DNA from: Acinetobacter sp.
GTDB taxonomy: Bacteria; Pseudomonadota; Gammaproteobacteria; Pseudomonadales; Moraxellaceae
Length of the DNA: 44,029 bases
Assembly: GCA_030152605.1 (NCBI GenBank)
Contig: JASLJB010000101.1
Span: 1 to 44,029 of the forward strand
Reading direction: 5' to 3'
Shown in pieces: positions 20,283 through 31,048 of the stretch (the first letter of the stretch is position 1; each line of letters opens with the position of its first letter). Under the pieces are notes generated by a model. The model ran no database searches. It saw only the letters and a list, made by a program, of their open reading frames with translations, and was not told the origin of the DNA. A program made the translations under genes and the position numbers.

Positions 20283-23050
20283 TGAAACAGCAATCCGAAT
20301 CCATGACCGGCGCGTTGGTTGCTCAAGTTGAACAACTGAATCAGCGCTATGGCGAAACCCAGGCACTGAATAACATCAGCTTGGCATTGCCGGCAGGTTG
20401 CATGATTGGCCTGATCGGGCCGGATGGGGTCGGTAAATCCAGCCTGCTGAGTCTGCTCGCGGGGGCACGTCAAGTACAACAAGGCAGTGTGATGGTATTG
20501 GGCGGTGATATGGCCAATGTCAAACATCGTACCCAAATCTGTCCACGTATTGCCTTTATGCCGCAAGGCTTGGGCAAGAACCTGTACAAGACCTTGTCGG
20601 TGGAAGAGAACTTACAGTTCTTTGCACGCTTGTTTGGGCATGATGTACATGAGCGCCGTTTGCGTATTGATGATCTGACCAAAAGTACCGGACTGTATGA
20701 CTTCTTGCCGCGTCCTGCCGGAAAGCTGTCTGGCGGGATGAAGCAAAAGCTCAGCCTGTGCTGCGCCTTGATCCATGATCCTGACTTTTTGATCTTGGAT
20801 GAACCGACCACGGGGGTCGATCCCTTGGCGCGGGCGCAGTTCTGGGAACTGATCAATCGCATCCGTGTTGAACGCCCGAGCATGAGCGTGATCGTGGCCA
20901 CGGCCTATATGGATGAGGCACAAGGTTTTGATTGGCTGGCGATGATGGATGATGGCCAGATTTTAAAAACCGGGACGCCGCAGGAACTCTTGACCCTGAC
21001 CGAGAGTGACAACTTGGAAGATGCTTTTATCAAGTTGCTGCCCGAAGAAAAAAAACAGGGCTATGAGCCCGTGGTCATCCCACCGCTGCATATCGATCAA
21101 AGCGCCGATTATGCGATTGAGGCGCAAGACTTAACCGTGCGTTTCGGTAATTTTACTGCGGTGAATCAGGTCAACTTTCAGATCCGACGTGGTGAAATCT
21201 TTGGCTTCTTGGGCTCGAATGGTTGTGGTAAATCCACCACCATGAAGGTCTTGACTGGACTACTGCCGGCCTCGGAAGGGCAGGCTTGGTTATTTGGTCA
21301 GAAAGTCGAAGCCAACAACATCGAAACTCGGCGCCGTGTCGGCTATATGTCGCAGGCATTTTCACTGTATAACGAACTGAGTATCTTGCAGAACTTGGTG
21401 CTGCATGCGCGTTTGTTCCATGTGCCCGAAGATCAGATTGAGTCACGGGTCGATCAGATGTTGCAGCGCTTTGAACTGGTCGAGGTCAAACACAGTATGC
21501 CGGATGCCTTGCCCTTGGGCATGCGTCAGCGTCTGTCACTGGCGGTGGCCTTGGTGCACAATCCTGAGATCCTGATCTTGGATGAGCCGACCTCTGGGGT
21601 CGATCCCATTGCGCGGGATAATTTCTGGCGTTACTTGGTGCATCTGTCGCGTAATGAAGGGGTGACGATCTTTATCTCCACTCACTTTATGAATGAAGCC
21701 TTGCGCTGTGACCGGATGTCGATGATGCATGCCGGTAAGGTCTTGGACAGCGCGACACCGCAGCAGTTAATTGAAAACCGCGCTGCAAGCACGCTCGAAG
21801 AAGCCTTTATCGGCTACCTGATCGATGCCGGTGCCGGAACACCACCACAAACAGCACAGGATGCACCCGCAACCGAGAGTGCCGCGAGTGCCGAGAGCAA
21901 GCCGAGCCAACATCCGGTGCCCGATCGCTTTAGTTTTCAACGTTTACTCAGTTATGCATGGCGTGAATCTTTGGAGTTGGCGCGTGATCCTGTGCGTGCC
22001 ACGTTGGCGCTGTTGGGCTCGATTATCCTATTGTTTGTGATCGGCTTCGGTATCACCTTGGACGTCGAAGACCTGACCTTTGCGGTACTGGATCGGGATC
22101 AAAGCAGCCTGAGTGAAAACTACACCCTGAACTTGGCGGGTTCGCGCTACTTTATCGAGAAGCCGCCGATTCAGAGCTATGAAGAACTGGATCAGCGCAT
22201 GCGCAAAGGGGAAATCTCGCTGGCGATTGAAATTCCACCGAATTTTTCTGAACGCGCATCACGCGGTGAACCGGTCAAGATCGGTGCTTGGATCGATGGT
22301 GCTATGCCATCGCGTGCTGAAACCATTCGCGGTTATGTGCAGGGTATTCATCTACAGTGGATGATGCAGCAGTACAACACCCGTGCCGGTGAATCCTTCC
22401 GGACACCCGTCACGGTGGAAACCCGTTTCCGTTATAACCCCGATATCCGCAGTTTGCCGGCCATGGTGCCAGCGATTGTGCCGCTGTTGTTGCTGTTGAT
22501 TCCGGCCATGCTGACTGCGCTGTCCGTGGTGCGGGAGAAAGAGCTGGGCTCGATCGTCAACTTGTATGTGACCCCAGTCAAACGCAGTGAATTTTTACTC
22601 GGCAAACAACTGCCTTATATCGTGTTGGCGATGCTGAACTATCTGCTGATGTGTTTGGTGGTGGTGACGTTATTTGATGTGCCGATCAAGGGCAGTTTCT
22701 TGACCCTGACCACGGCGGTATTTTTATTTGTGATCATCTCGACCGGCTTTGGTTTGCTGGCCTCATCTGTGACCAAGAGTCAGATCGCGGCGATGTTCTT
22801 TGTCATGATCGGGACTTTGATTCCGGTGTTGCAGTACTCGGGGCTGATCGATCCGGTGTCTTCACTCGAAGGCTTTGGACATTGGTTCGGCAGTGTTTAT
22901 CCGGCCACACACATGGTCAATATCAGCCGAGGGGTATTTAACAAGGCCTTGAGCTTTGAAGAGCTGCGCCATTCCTTGTGGATGTTGGCGGCAACCGTTC
23001 CGGTGGTGATGCTGCTGGCGATTTCATTGTTGAAGAAACAGGAGCGCTAA
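20282..23050 (+). CDS. rbbA: RbbA-like double ABC ATPase fused to ABC-2 permease
   Basis: Two Walker A motifs ([16 protein letters not shown]), [17 protein letters not shown]-terminal TM domain; 922 aa; yhiI-rbbA-yhhJ gene order. Confidence 0.95.
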   Translation: MKQQSESMTGALVAQVEQLNQRYGETQALNNISLALPAGCMIGLIGPDGVGKSSLLSLLAGARQVQQGSVMVLGGDMANVKHRTQICPRIAFMPQGLGKNLYKTLSVEENLQFFARLFGHDVHERRLRIDDLTKSTGLYDFLPRPAGKLSGGMKQKLSLCCALIHDPDFLILDEPTTGVDPLARAQFWELINRIRVERPSMSVIVATAYMDEAQGFDWLAMMDDGQILKTGTPQELLTLTESDNLEDAFIKLLPEEKKQGYEPVVIPPLHIDQSADYAIEAQDLTVRFGNFTAVNQVNFQIRRGEIFGFLGSNGCGKSTTMKVLTGLLPASEGQAWLFGQKVEANNIETRRRVGYMSQAFSLYNELSILQNLVLHARLFHVPEDQIESRVDQMLQRFELVEVKHSMPDALPLGMRQRLSLAVALVHNPEILILDEPTSGVDPIARDNFWRYLVHLSRNEGVTIFISTHFMNEALRCDRMSMMHAGKVLDSATPQQLIENRAASTLEEAFIGYLIDAGAGTPPQTAQDAPATESAASAESKPSQHPVPDRFSFQRLLSYAWRESLELARDPVRATLALLGSIILLFVIGFGITLDVEDLTFAVLDRDQSSLSENYTLNLAGSRYFIEKPPIQSYEELDQRMRKGEISLAIEIPPNFSERASRGEPVKIGAWIDGAMPSRAETIRGYVQGIHLQWMMQQYNTRAGESFRTPVTVETRFRYNPDIRSLPAMVPAIVPLLLLLIPAMLTALSVVREKELGSIVNLYVTPVKRSEFLLGKQLPYIVLAMLNYLLMCLVVVTLFDVPIKGSFLTLTTAVFLFVIISTGFGLLASSVTKSQIAAMFFVMIGTLIPVLQYSGLIDPVSSLEGFGHWFGSVYPATHMVNISRGVFNKALSFEELRHSLWMLAATVPVVMLLAISLLKKQER

Positions 23051-23051
23051 G

Positions 23052-24173
23052 ATGGATAAATTACAAAATATCTTTCGACTGGGCTGCAAGGAACTGTGGA
23101 GTCTGTGGCGTGATCCGATGATGCTGCTGCTGATCACCTATACCTTTACTATGTCGATTTATACCGGTTCATCTTCACTGCCTGAAAGTTTAAACAATGC
23201 GCCGATCGCCATCGTGGATGAAGATCAATCCACGCTCTCGACTCGGATCAGTTCGGCGTTTTATCCGCCGTTGTTTGCACCTGAAGCGGTGCCTTTAAAT
23301 CAGATCGATGCCGGCATGGATGCAGGGAATTATAGCTTTAGCTTGAATATCCCAACGCGCTTTCAAGAAGATGTCTTGGCCGGTCGTCCCGCAGCCGTAC
23401 AACTCAACGTGGATGCCACGCGGGTGACTCAGGCGCTGTCGGGCAGTGGTTATATTCAACAAATGATCTTGACTGAAGTCAGTGAGTATCTACAAGGTTA
23501 TCGCAGTGCCATGGCTTTTCCGGTCGATCTGGAACTGCGTGCGCGCTTTAACCCGACACTGGATCGGCAATGGTTCGGGAGTCTGATGCAGGTGATCAAC
23601 AACGTCACCATGCTCTCGATTATCCTGACGGGTGCGGCACTGATCCGTGAACGTGAACATGGCACGGTGGAGCATTTAATGGTCATGCCGGTGACGGTAT
23701 TTGAGATCATGATGGCCAAGGTCTGGTCGATGGGCTTGGTGGTGTTATTTGCTTCTTTTGTCTCGATCCACTTGGTGGTGATGGGGCTGATGCAGGTGCC
23801 GATCGAGGGCAATCTGTGGCTGTTCTTTATGGGCGCGGCCTTGTCTTTATTTGCCACCACCTCATTGGGGATTTATCTGGCCACCGTGGCCAAGTCGATG
23901 CCACAATTTGGTCTGCTGATGATGTTGGTGCTGATCCCGCTGCAAATGCTATCCGGTGGTCTCACACCACGTGAAAGTATGCCGAGCATCGTACAGAACA
24001 TCATGCAGTTTGCACCGACCACGCACTTCGTCAATTTGGCCCAAGCGATCCTATATCGTGATGCCAGTTTAAGCATGGTCTGGCCGTCGTTCTTGGCGCT
24101 GTTCGTGATTGGTTCCGTGTTGTTCTACTTCGCACTCAAGCGCTTTAAAGACACCATTCATACCATGGCCTAG
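23052..24173 (+). CDS. yhhJ: ABC-2 type permease (YhhJ-like)
   Basis: LTGAALIREREHGTVEHL and LSGGLTPRESMP motifs; multiple TMs. Confidence 0.92.
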   Translation: MDKLQNIFRLGCKELWSLWRDPMMLLLITYTFTMSIYTGSSSLPESLNNAPIAIVDEDQSTLSTRISSAFYPPLFAPEAVPLNQIDAGMDAGNYSFSLNIPTRFQEDVLAGRPAAVQLNVDATRVTQALSGSGYIQQMILTEVSEYLQGYRSAMAFPVDLELRARFNPTLDRQWFGSLMQVINNVTMLSIILTGAALIREREHGTVEHLMVMPVTVFEIMMAKVWSMGLVVLFASFVSIHLVVMGLMQVPIEGNLWLFFMGAALSLFATTSLGIYLATVAKSMPQFGLLMMLVLIPLQMLSGGLTPRESMPSIVQNIMQFAPTTHFVNLAQAILYRDASLSMVWPSFLALFVIGSVLFYFALKRFKDTIHTMA

Positions 24174-24196
24174 CCTAAACGCGCACTTCATCTATA

Positions 24197-24229
24197 ATTC
24201 AAGCCCAGCAGATCCTGTTGGGCTTGAAT
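24197..24229. terminator. Hairpin after yhhJ, probable terminator
   Basis: ATTCAAGCCCAGCAG-ATC-CTGTTGGGCTTGAAT inverted repeat; weak U-tract. Confidence 0.6.
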
Positions 24230-24303
24230 CATTTGCCCAAAGCGTTCAAATTAGCGCATATACAACAATATCTATTCATTCAATTTAAAAGTTAAAGAGC
24301 ATT

Positions 24304-25938
24304 ATGTTTCAGTTATTCGCTGAGTTCTGTGGGGGCGTGGGTCTGTTCTTGATCGGCATGACACTCATGACCGAGAGCCTTAAAGCCTTGTCTGGGGAGA
24401 CGCTTAAGTCGTGGCTGACTCGATTTACCCAAACACCAATAAAAGCCACCAGTTCCGGCATCGGACTGACCGTGTTAATGCATTCCTCGACCGCGACCAT
24501 CTTGGCCACGATTGGTTTTGTCAGTGCCGGAGTGCTGAACTTTAGTCAGGCACTCGGTGTGGTGATCGGCGCCAATATCGGCACCACCAGTACCGCATGG
24601 TTGGTGGCCTTGTTGGGACTGAAATTTTCTATTGCCACGGTGGCGCTGCCACTGATCGGACTTGGTGCCATCGTCAAGCTACTGTTCAAAGGCCGTATGG
24701 GCATGTTGGGCTTTGCTGTGGCAGGCTTTGGCTTGATGTTCTTTGGTATTGATCTGTTGCAGATCGCGATGTCTGGCGTGGCGACCCAAGTCGATTTTTC
24801 CATCTTTTCCTATCACAGTCTCGGCGCCAAACTGCTGTTGGTACTGATCGGGATCATTATGACCGTGCTGTTGCAGTCCTCGACCGCTGCCATCACCACC
24901 ACCTTGGCGGCGTTGGCCAGTGGTGCGATCGATCTGCAACAGTCTTTGCTGTTGGTGATCGGGCAGAACATGGGCTCGGTCAGCATCATCTTGGTGTCGG
25001 TGATCGGGGCCTCGATCAATGCCAAACGCATTGCCGCGGCCAATGTGATCTTCAATCTGATCAGTGGCATCTTGGCCTTTGTGATCTTGGTGCCGCTGTT
25101 TTTATGGATCGCCAATTTACAGGTGATGGGTCGTGTTTGGGATGCTGTGATCGTGGTCGCGGCCTTTCATACTGCCTTTAGTCTGTTTGGTGCCATGCTG
25201 ATCCTGCCGTATATCGAGCAACTTCAAGCGCTGATTTGTCGGATGTTACCGAGCGACCGACCTGAAATCTTACGTTACTTGGATCAAGCCAGTTTTGCGG
25301 TGCCCTCATTGGCGATCGCCTCGGCGCAGCATGTGGTCTATGCCAGTTTGGGACAGATCTTTGAGTTGTTACATCAAGCCTTACAGAACGGGGTCTTGGT
25401 GCCCGCATCACAACTACAGCAACTCGATGAGCAGATCCAAGCCTTGGAACAATATCTGGATAAACTGCCGGTCAATCACGATATCGAACAGCGTCAGCAA
25501 TTGATCGGACTATTGCGGGTGATGGTCTATGTGCGCGTGCTGCGCAATGACTTAGAGCAAAGCCATCAGGTGGTGTTGATTCGCACGCTGCCATTTGTGC
25601 AGCAGGTGGCCTTGGACTATTTGCATATCGTGGACAGTCATTTTAAAAATATCCAAAACTATCAAAAGATCGAAGACATCCAAGCCCTAAAAGTTGAGAT
25701 CAGTAACCTGAAACTCTGGCTGGATCAACATCGTGAAGAGATGCGCGACAAGATCTTGGTCTATGCCACCACACATCAAATGACCGCGGCGACTGGACTG
25801 GAGTTGTTGGCGGCGCAGCGTTGGTTGGAGCGTTTAATCGCGCACACCAAACGCTTGAGTAATGTGTTGGAAGATACCGCGATCGGCAAGGTCGAGCCGC
25901 GTCATGAAGACCCCATTGCAGCCGCACCGCCACAATGA
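24304..25938 (+). CDS. Na+/Pi cotransporter family protein
   Basis: Repeated HSST/QSST motifs, GANIGTT and GQNMGS, helical C-terminal domain. Confidence 0.92.
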   Translation: MFQLFAEFCGGVGLFLIGMTLMTESLKALSGETLKSWLTRFTQTPIKATSSGIGLTVLMHSSTATILATIGFVSAGVLNFSQALGVVIGANIGTTSTAWLVALLGLKFSIATVALPLIGLGAIVKLLFKGRMGMLGFAVAGFGLMFFGIDLLQIAMSGVATQVDFSIFSYHSLGAKLLLVLIGIIMTVLLQSSTAAITTTLAALASGAIDLQQSLLLVIGQNMGSVSIILVSVIGASINAKRIAAANVIFNLISGILAFVILVPLFLWIANLQVMGRVWDAVIVVAAFHTAFSLFGAMLILPYIEQLQALICRMLPSDRPEILRYLDQASFAVPSLAIASAQHVVYASLGQIFELLHQALQNGVLVPASQLQQLDEQIQALEQYLDKLPVNHDIEQRQQLIGLLRVMVYVRVLRNDLEQSHQVVLIRTLPFVQQVALDYLHIVDSHFKNIQNYQKIEDIQALKVEISNLKLWLDQHREEMRDKILVYATTHQMTAATGLELLAAQRWLERLIAHTKRLSNVLEDTAIGKVEPRHEDPIAAAPPQ

Positions 25939-25992
25939 GGTCTGTACTTTGTTTAAGTGACTTTGAGTTTAAAATCAGCCTAAATTAATTAG

Positions 25993-26043
25993 ATGACTGA
26001 AATGATCTAAATGACTTACATGACTTACATGACTTAAATGATT
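25993..26043. repeat. 9-bp tandem repeat (ATGACTTAM), about 5.5 copies, overlapping a stop codon
   Basis: atgactgaa atgatctaa atgacttac atgacttac atgacttaa atgatt. Confidence 0.8.
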
Positions 26044-27080
26044 GTGGTTCTACGGCGTGACGCAGCTTGATTGGCTGCCCAACGGCCAGCAAAGGTACTG
26101 ACGATGGCACCAATGACCAGACCGATAAATGACCACAGTGCAGCGCGTGCCGCAGCATTGCTGGCTTTATCCGCAGTTTCAGCCGCTTGAAGTTTTAACT
26201 CCTGATATTTTTGCTCCGCTTTTTGCAGATTGGCTTGCAACTGATTCAGTTCTTGGTTGAGGGTTTGCACCAAGCGCTCACGTTCTTGCATAAAGTTGTC
26301 CACTGCACGATCCGCTTCAGCAGGGCTGAGCGAGGTGTTTTTGGCTACGGCTTGTTTCACATCTTCACGGTCGATGGATTTGCTGATGTCTTGTGCTTGT
26401 TGTTTCAGTGTCGCAAGCAAATCATCAAAAATCTGATCACTTTGCTGCGGGTTGATCATCATGTTACGGATGGCTTGCGTGGTTTCATTTTTTGCCACAT
26501 CCAGTTGTGAAGCCAAATAATCTGGCTGTAGTGCAGGAATGCCACTTTGTTTGAGTGCCTCTGTGATGTTGCTTTGGCTGTTATTGAGTGAAAGATTGGC
26601 GTTCGGCAACACATCCTTAAAGGCTTCTTCACCCACAGATAAAAGTTGGCTCGCGCCTTTGCCTGCAACACTGCCGACACCGGATACCACACTACCGGTT
26701 GCTGAAGCCACTGAGCCAATCGCGCTCCCGGTTAGACTCAGTGCGCTGCTCAAGGTCATCACACTGAGGATGATGCCGATGATCAAAGATGAGGCCCAGA
26801 CCAAGAAGCCATGAATCAAGCCATCAGTCGCCGCCAAACGTCCGGCTACAAAGCCGCCCGCGCCGAGACTGATCAGTAAGGACAGTAAGGTCCAGATGGT
26901 GACAGCAGTGCCTGAGCCATTGGTGATGTCGGTCGTCGATGTCGGGTCAAGCATCGAAAAGCCTAAGCTGATGCCCAACAGGGATAACACCAAGGAAACT
27001 GAGATTACGGTGAGTACACCCGCAATAATGCTTCCCCAAGAAACACGTTGTGTCATATCGATTTCGGTAATAGTCGACAT
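26034..27080 (-). CDS. Conserved membrane protein with coiled-coil central region (YrzE-like N-terminus), function unknown
   Basis: RVSWGSIIAG..GGFVAGRLA..HGFLVWA N-terminal TMs, helical middle, C-terminal TM; GGAG RBS supports ATG at 27080. Confidence 0.8.
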   Translation of the reverse strand: MSTITEIDMTQRVSWGSIIAGVLTVISVSLVLSLLGISLGFSMLDPTSTTDITNGSGTAVTIWTLLSLLISLGAGGFVAGRLAATDGLIHGFLVWASSLIIGIILSVMTLSSALSLTGSAIGSVASATGSVVSGVGSVAGKGASQLLSVGEEAFKDVLPNANLSLNNSQSNITEALKQSGIPALQPDYLASQLDVAKNETTQAIRNMMINPQQSDQIFDDLLATLKQQAQDISKSIDREDVKQAVAKNTSLSPAEADRAVDNFMQERERLVQTLNQELNQLQANLQKAEQKYQELKLQAAETADKASNAAARAALWSFIGLVIGAIVSTFAGRWAANQAASRRRTTII

Positions 27081-27591
27081 TATTATTCTCCGAATATTGG
27101 TCATAACGACAATGATTGAGTTTGATTGTTTTCAGCGATGCGAAAGAAAAATGAATACGCTGTACGCTGTGGCTATGTTTAAACTTAAGTTATTGAAATA
27201 ATGCATTCATTTTTTTTTGATCGTCGGGTTGCTTGCAGCCGAGTCGCGATTAAATAGGCTTTAATTTTGGAACGATCGACACTTTGGATTAAGTAATACT
27301 GGATGTGTCACCTAATAAGCGTAAACTGAACTTTAAAAGATTAATTTATGTACAAGTATTTGTTTATTGTAATTTAACAAAGGAGTTTTTGTTTTAAAAT
27401 TAAACAGCTTGAGGATTAAGCCAATTATCGGGTGGAAATAATCTTTTAATTCATCAGAGTTTAGTTTTAATTTTATTTATCTTGATGAATATTAGGTGCT
27501 TAAAGTTTTTGTGCACATTTTATTGATGCAGAACTGCGCTTCCGAGCGCATCTCAGTATGAAGCGGGGAGTGTTTTAAGGTGATGGAATAT

Positions 27592-28023
27592 TCAATCCTG
27601 CTGATCCATACATTGCAGCAGCTTTAAAAGGTCTTGATGCTCCGTCGAGGCCGCTGACGCCTGTGCAATCGCATCGGCATAATAACGCGGATAATCCACG
27701 GCAACCGTCTTGAGTTTATCGCGTCCAGTCTCGGTTAATACACTATAGACCCCACGTTTATCGTTGGGGCACAGATCACGGATCGCCAAGCCATCACGTT
27801 CAAGCCGCAGTACCAAACGCGAGACTGCACTTTGACTTAAGTGCAGTCGGGTGCCGAGTTCTTGAATTCTCAGTTCTCCTTGTTTGGCTGCGGCCAAATG
27901 CTGCAAAGCACGATATTCTGAGAGTCCGATTCGATGCTGCCGTTGTAGTAACTGTGCGACATGCGTTTCGATATCGGTGAGTAAATAGGACAGTTGTTCG
28001 AATCGTATTGGTGTTGTGGTCAT
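27592..28023 (-). CDS. MarR family transcriptional regulator
   Basis: LSQSAVSRLVLRLERDGL..DKRGVYSVLTETG winged-helix motif; start placed at MTTTP. Confidence 0.92.
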   Translation of the reverse strand: MTTTPIRFEQLSYLLTDIETHVAQLLQRQHRIGLSEYRALQHLAAAKQGELRIQELGTRLHLSQSAVSRLVLRLERDGLAIRDLCPNDKRGVYSVLTETGRDKLKTVAVDYPRYYADAIAQASAASTEHQDLLKLLQCMDQQD

Positions 28024-28076
28024 GAGTTGATCTTTGCGTGGGGGAAATGCCAGAGTCGCATGCAGCATTTTGAAAA

Positions 28077-28090
28077 TGTATGTGCATGCA
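28077..28090. promoter_or_regulatory. Candidate MarR operator upstream of marR
   Basis: TGTATGTGCATGCA, 13/14 match to the box at 28974; just downstream of a possible TGnTAGATT -10 on the minus strand. Confidence 0.6.
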
Positions 28091-28117
28091 TAATCTAGCA
28101 TAAGGCCGAGATCGTTG

Positions 28118-28516
28118 TTAGCGCTTATTCAGCTTGAAACTCAAGTGATCTGCAAGCTTTAGTCCGATGATTCCGCCGATGATCAGGGCAAAGCACAGCA
28201 CTTTTTGCCAAGAAATCGACTCTGAAAAGATCAAGGTACCGAATAGTACCGTACCGACTGAGCCAATGCCGACCCAAACGGTATAGCCGACACCGACATC
28301 GATTTTGCGCAGTGCCAAACTTAAGAAAAATATTCCACAACTGGCAGCGAAAATGGTCAGTAGCGATGGCCAGAGCAGAGTGAAACCCTGCGAGGCGTTG
28401 GTGCCGAGTGCAAAGATGATTTCAAATACGGAGGCAAGCAGTAGATATAACCAGGCTTTGCGCTGCGCATGCTGTTGAATATGCGTCGTTGGGGGCGATG
28501 TGATTGTGTCTGACAT
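28118..28516 (-). CDS. SMR/DMT family small multidrug transporter subunit
   Basis: WLYLLLASVFE with conserved TM1 Glu, GYTVWVGIGSVGT; four TMs. Confidence 0.92.
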   Translation of the reverse strand: MSDTITSPPTTHIQQHAQRKAWLYLLLASVFEIIFALGTNASQGFTLLWPSLLTIFAASCGIFFLSLALRKIDVGVGYTVWVGIGSVGTVLFGTLIFSESISWQKVLCFALIIGGIIGLKLADHLSFKLNKR

Positions 28517-28527
28517 CTGCGTGCTCC

Positions 28528-28848
28528 TTAAACCAATGTGACTGCGCGTAAACCAATCACGCCGAGGATGATTGAAATAAAACTGGCGATCTTGATTGCA
28601 TTCAATTTTTCTTTAAACAACAGCACGCTAAAGATCACCGTACCGATCGAGCCAATACCGGTCCAGATGGTATAACCCACTGCCACATCCAGTGTCAGCA
28701 GCGCGAGGGATAATGTGTAAACGCCACCGATGGCAGCCAAAATCGTTAATACTGAGGGCCAGAGTCGGGTAAAGCCTTGGGCTGAATAACTTGAGAGCGC
28801 AAAAATGACCTCGAAAACACAGGCAATGCCGAGATAAAACCAATGCAT
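28528..28848 (-). CDS. SMR/DMT family small multidrug transporter subunit
   Basis: MHWFYLGIACVFEV, GYTIWTGIGSIGT; AAGGAG RBS before ATG at 28848. Confidence 0.92.
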   Translation of the reverse strand: MHWFYLGIACVFEVIFALSSYSAQGFTRLWPSVLTILAAIGGVYTLSLALLTLDVAVGYTIWTGIGSIGTVIFSVLLFKEKLNAIKIASFISIILGVIGLRAVTLV

Positions 28849-28973
28849 CTTGAAACTCCTTTTCAAAACTTAAATTAAGCGCGGGCACGCTATTCCCTGT
28901 CATGCACTCCAGGATTGAGACTTCAATATGCGCGCGCCGTGCACCTGTAGATCGATTAAAAAACATATATACA

Positions 28974-29019
28974 TGCATGTGCATGCAAATATATTGAGCT
29001 TAAGCCAATCCACTGTCAA
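28974..29019 (-). promoter_or_regulatory. Candidate sigma70 promoter of the SMR pair with overlapping palindromic operator
   Basis: TTGACA (29019-29014), 17-nt spacer, CAATAT (28996-28991), then TGCATG-N2-CATGCA palindrome at 28974-28987. Confidence 0.6.
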
Positions 29020-29305
29020 TGGTTAAAATTGCGTAGCCTTGCAGGGCATCGGATCTTGTGACTGTGCTGTTGATGCGCATGCGGAATATTTTTAATTTGC
29101 TGATTTAATATACTTATTCACGGATTTTTATGATGCTTAAAGCAAAGCAAATAATGAAAATGAAAAAAATCGCTCAACACTATGTTTATTTTTTTAATAA
29201 TTAAATTTAAGTAAGTTATTAATATAAAAGTAATTTAAATGTATTTTCTCAAAAAACACAGCTTTTGAACCTGTATTTATTCGACTAATTGGTTAAAAAA
29301 ATCTT

Positions 29306-29332
29306 ATTGCCATAATACCGTATTATGGTAAT
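29306..29332. promoter_or_regulatory. Palindromic operator upstream of the catabolic operon
   Basis: ATTGCCATAATAC-C-GTATTATGGTAAT: 13-bp arms with one mismatch (perfect 9-bp core arms), ~55 nt before the likely start codon. Confidence 0.65.
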
Positions 29333-29387
29333 GTGCTGTTATTGTCTGATTGACAGAAAAATTTATTCAAAATGGATGCTGAACCTT

Positions 29388-30857
29388 ATGGAAATCACTA
29401 AATTAAAAATTTTTAAAAACTTATCTTTGATTAATGGGGCTTGGGTTACATCCACTTCGGGTCAAGAAATTGAGGTGCTGAATCCGGTCGATCAATCTGT
29501 TATTGAGACGATTCCAGCACTTGAGCCAGAACAAGTGTCTGAAGCGATTGAGACTGCCGCCGTGGCACTGGTTGCTTGGAAAGCACTGCCTGTTAAAAAA
29601 CGCGCTGATATTTTGAAAAAATGGTTTGATTTAATCATGCAGCATCAAGATGACATTGCGACCATCATGACCGTTGAGCAAGGTAAGCCTTTGCAAGAAG
29701 CCAAAGGGGAAGTCGCCTATGCCGCTAGCTTTATTGAATGGTTTGCCGAAGAAGGTCGCAGAATGAATGGCAGCACCATCCCCGCTGCGACAACGGATAA
29801 ACGTATCTTAACCACTCGTGAAGCGGTCGGTGTTTGCGTTGCGATCACGCCGTGGAATTTCCCCGCCGCAATGATCACGCGTAAAGCTGCACCGGCCTTG
29901 GTTGCGGGCTGTACTATGATCGTCAAACCAGCACAAGAAACGCCGTTTACCGCTTTGGCCTTAGTCCATTTGGCTGAATTGGCTGGTATTCCGAAGGGGG
30001 TACTGAGTGTAGTGACAGGGCAATCTTCAAAAATTGTACCGGTGATGACTCAAAGTCCAACTGTAAAAAAACTGAGTTTTACTGGTTCTACGCCTGTAGG
30101 TGCCATGCTGATGGCACAGTGCGCGCCAACATTGAAAAAAATGTCTTTGGAACTAGGTGGCAATGCACCGCTAATCGTGTTTGAAGATGCTGATCTTGAA
30201 TTGGCAGTGCAGGGTGTGATGGACAGTAAATTCCGTAATGCTGGCCAAACTTGTGTTTGTAGCAATCGAATTTTTGTACAAGCAAAACTTTATGATCAGT
30301 TTGTCTCCATGCTGAGCGAAAAAGTTGCAGCGCTGAAACTCGGTAATGGCTTAAATCCGGGCGTCGAGATCGGACCACTGATCAACCAAAAAGCCGTTGA
30401 GAAAATTCAAGCGCATATTGCAGATGCGCTGCAACACGGCGCTGAAGTGGTGACGGGTGGCCAAGCCTCAACACTCGGCGCGAATTTCTTTGAACCGACA
30501 GTGATTCAACATGCTAGTGATGAGATGTTGTGCTTTAAGGATGAAACCTTTGCCCCCTTGGCACCGATCTTTAAATTTAGTGATGAGGCCGAGGTGATCA
30601 AACGTGCGAATGACACAGAGTTTGGTTTAGCTGCTTATATTTTTACTGAGAATCTGAATCGGAGTATTCGCGTTTCTGAAGCTTTGGAATACGGCATGGT
30701 TGGTATTAATACTGGCTTAATTTCAACGGCTGAAGCACCGTTCGGTGGCGTCAAAGCATCTGGACTCGGTCGAGAAGGATCACAACACGGCTTAGATGAA
30801 TATACGGAAATCAAATATACCTGTATTGGCAATCTACACGCCGTGCCATCTGCATAG
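29388..30857 (+). CDS. gabD: NAD(P)-dependent succinate-semialdehyde dehydrogenase-like aldehyde dehydrogenase
   Basis: ITPWNFPAAMITRK, SFTGST, ELGGNAP, GQTCVC and PFGGVKASGLGREGS motifs; start moved to ATG 29388. Confidence 0.9.
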   Translation: MEITKLKIFKNLSLINGAWVTSTSGQEIEVLNPVDQSVIETIPALEPEQVSEAIETAAVALVAWKALPVKKRADILKKWFDLIMQHQDDIATIMTVEQGKPLQEAKGEVAYAASFIEWFAEEGRRMNGSTIPAATTDKRILTTREAVGVCVAITPWNFPAAMITRKAAPALVAGCTMIVKPAQETPFTALALVHLAELAGIPKGVLSVVTGQSSKIVPVMTQSPTVKKLSFTGSTPVGAMLMAQCAPTLKKMSLELGGNAPLIVFEDADLELAVQGVMDSKFRNAGQTCVCSNRIFVQAKLYDQFVSMLSEKVAALKLGNGLNPGVEIGPLINQKAVEKIQAHIADALQHGAEVVTGGQASTLGANFFEPTVIQHASDEMLCFKDETFAPLAPIFKFSDEAEVIKRANDTEFGLAAYIFTENLNRSIRVSEALEYGMVGINTGLISTAEAPFGGVKASGLGREGSQHGLDEYTEIKYTCIGNLHAVPSA

Positions 30858-31048
30858 CGTTTGCATCTTAGCACAGCCATCGCAGCGGACTTAGTTTTAC
30901 TACAACGCTTTAAATTGAATTACAGCGAATCAAATCTATAGGCCGACTGGTGCAAGGCTTAGGGGTTGTCACGTGGCCCAATTGCAGTGATGAGCTCTAT
31001 TTTTGAGTTTACTGCATTGGTAAGTATTGATACTTAAAGGAATATGTT

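Noticed and set aside
28850..28970. Guanidine riboswitch in the SMR leader
   Set aside because: No paired ACGR-loop hairpins or class I/III consensus visible; a protein operator explains the region better.
29325..29387. Extended N-terminus of the ALDH from the ORF track
   Set aside because: The ATG lies inside the operator palindrome and the extension is not ALDH-like.
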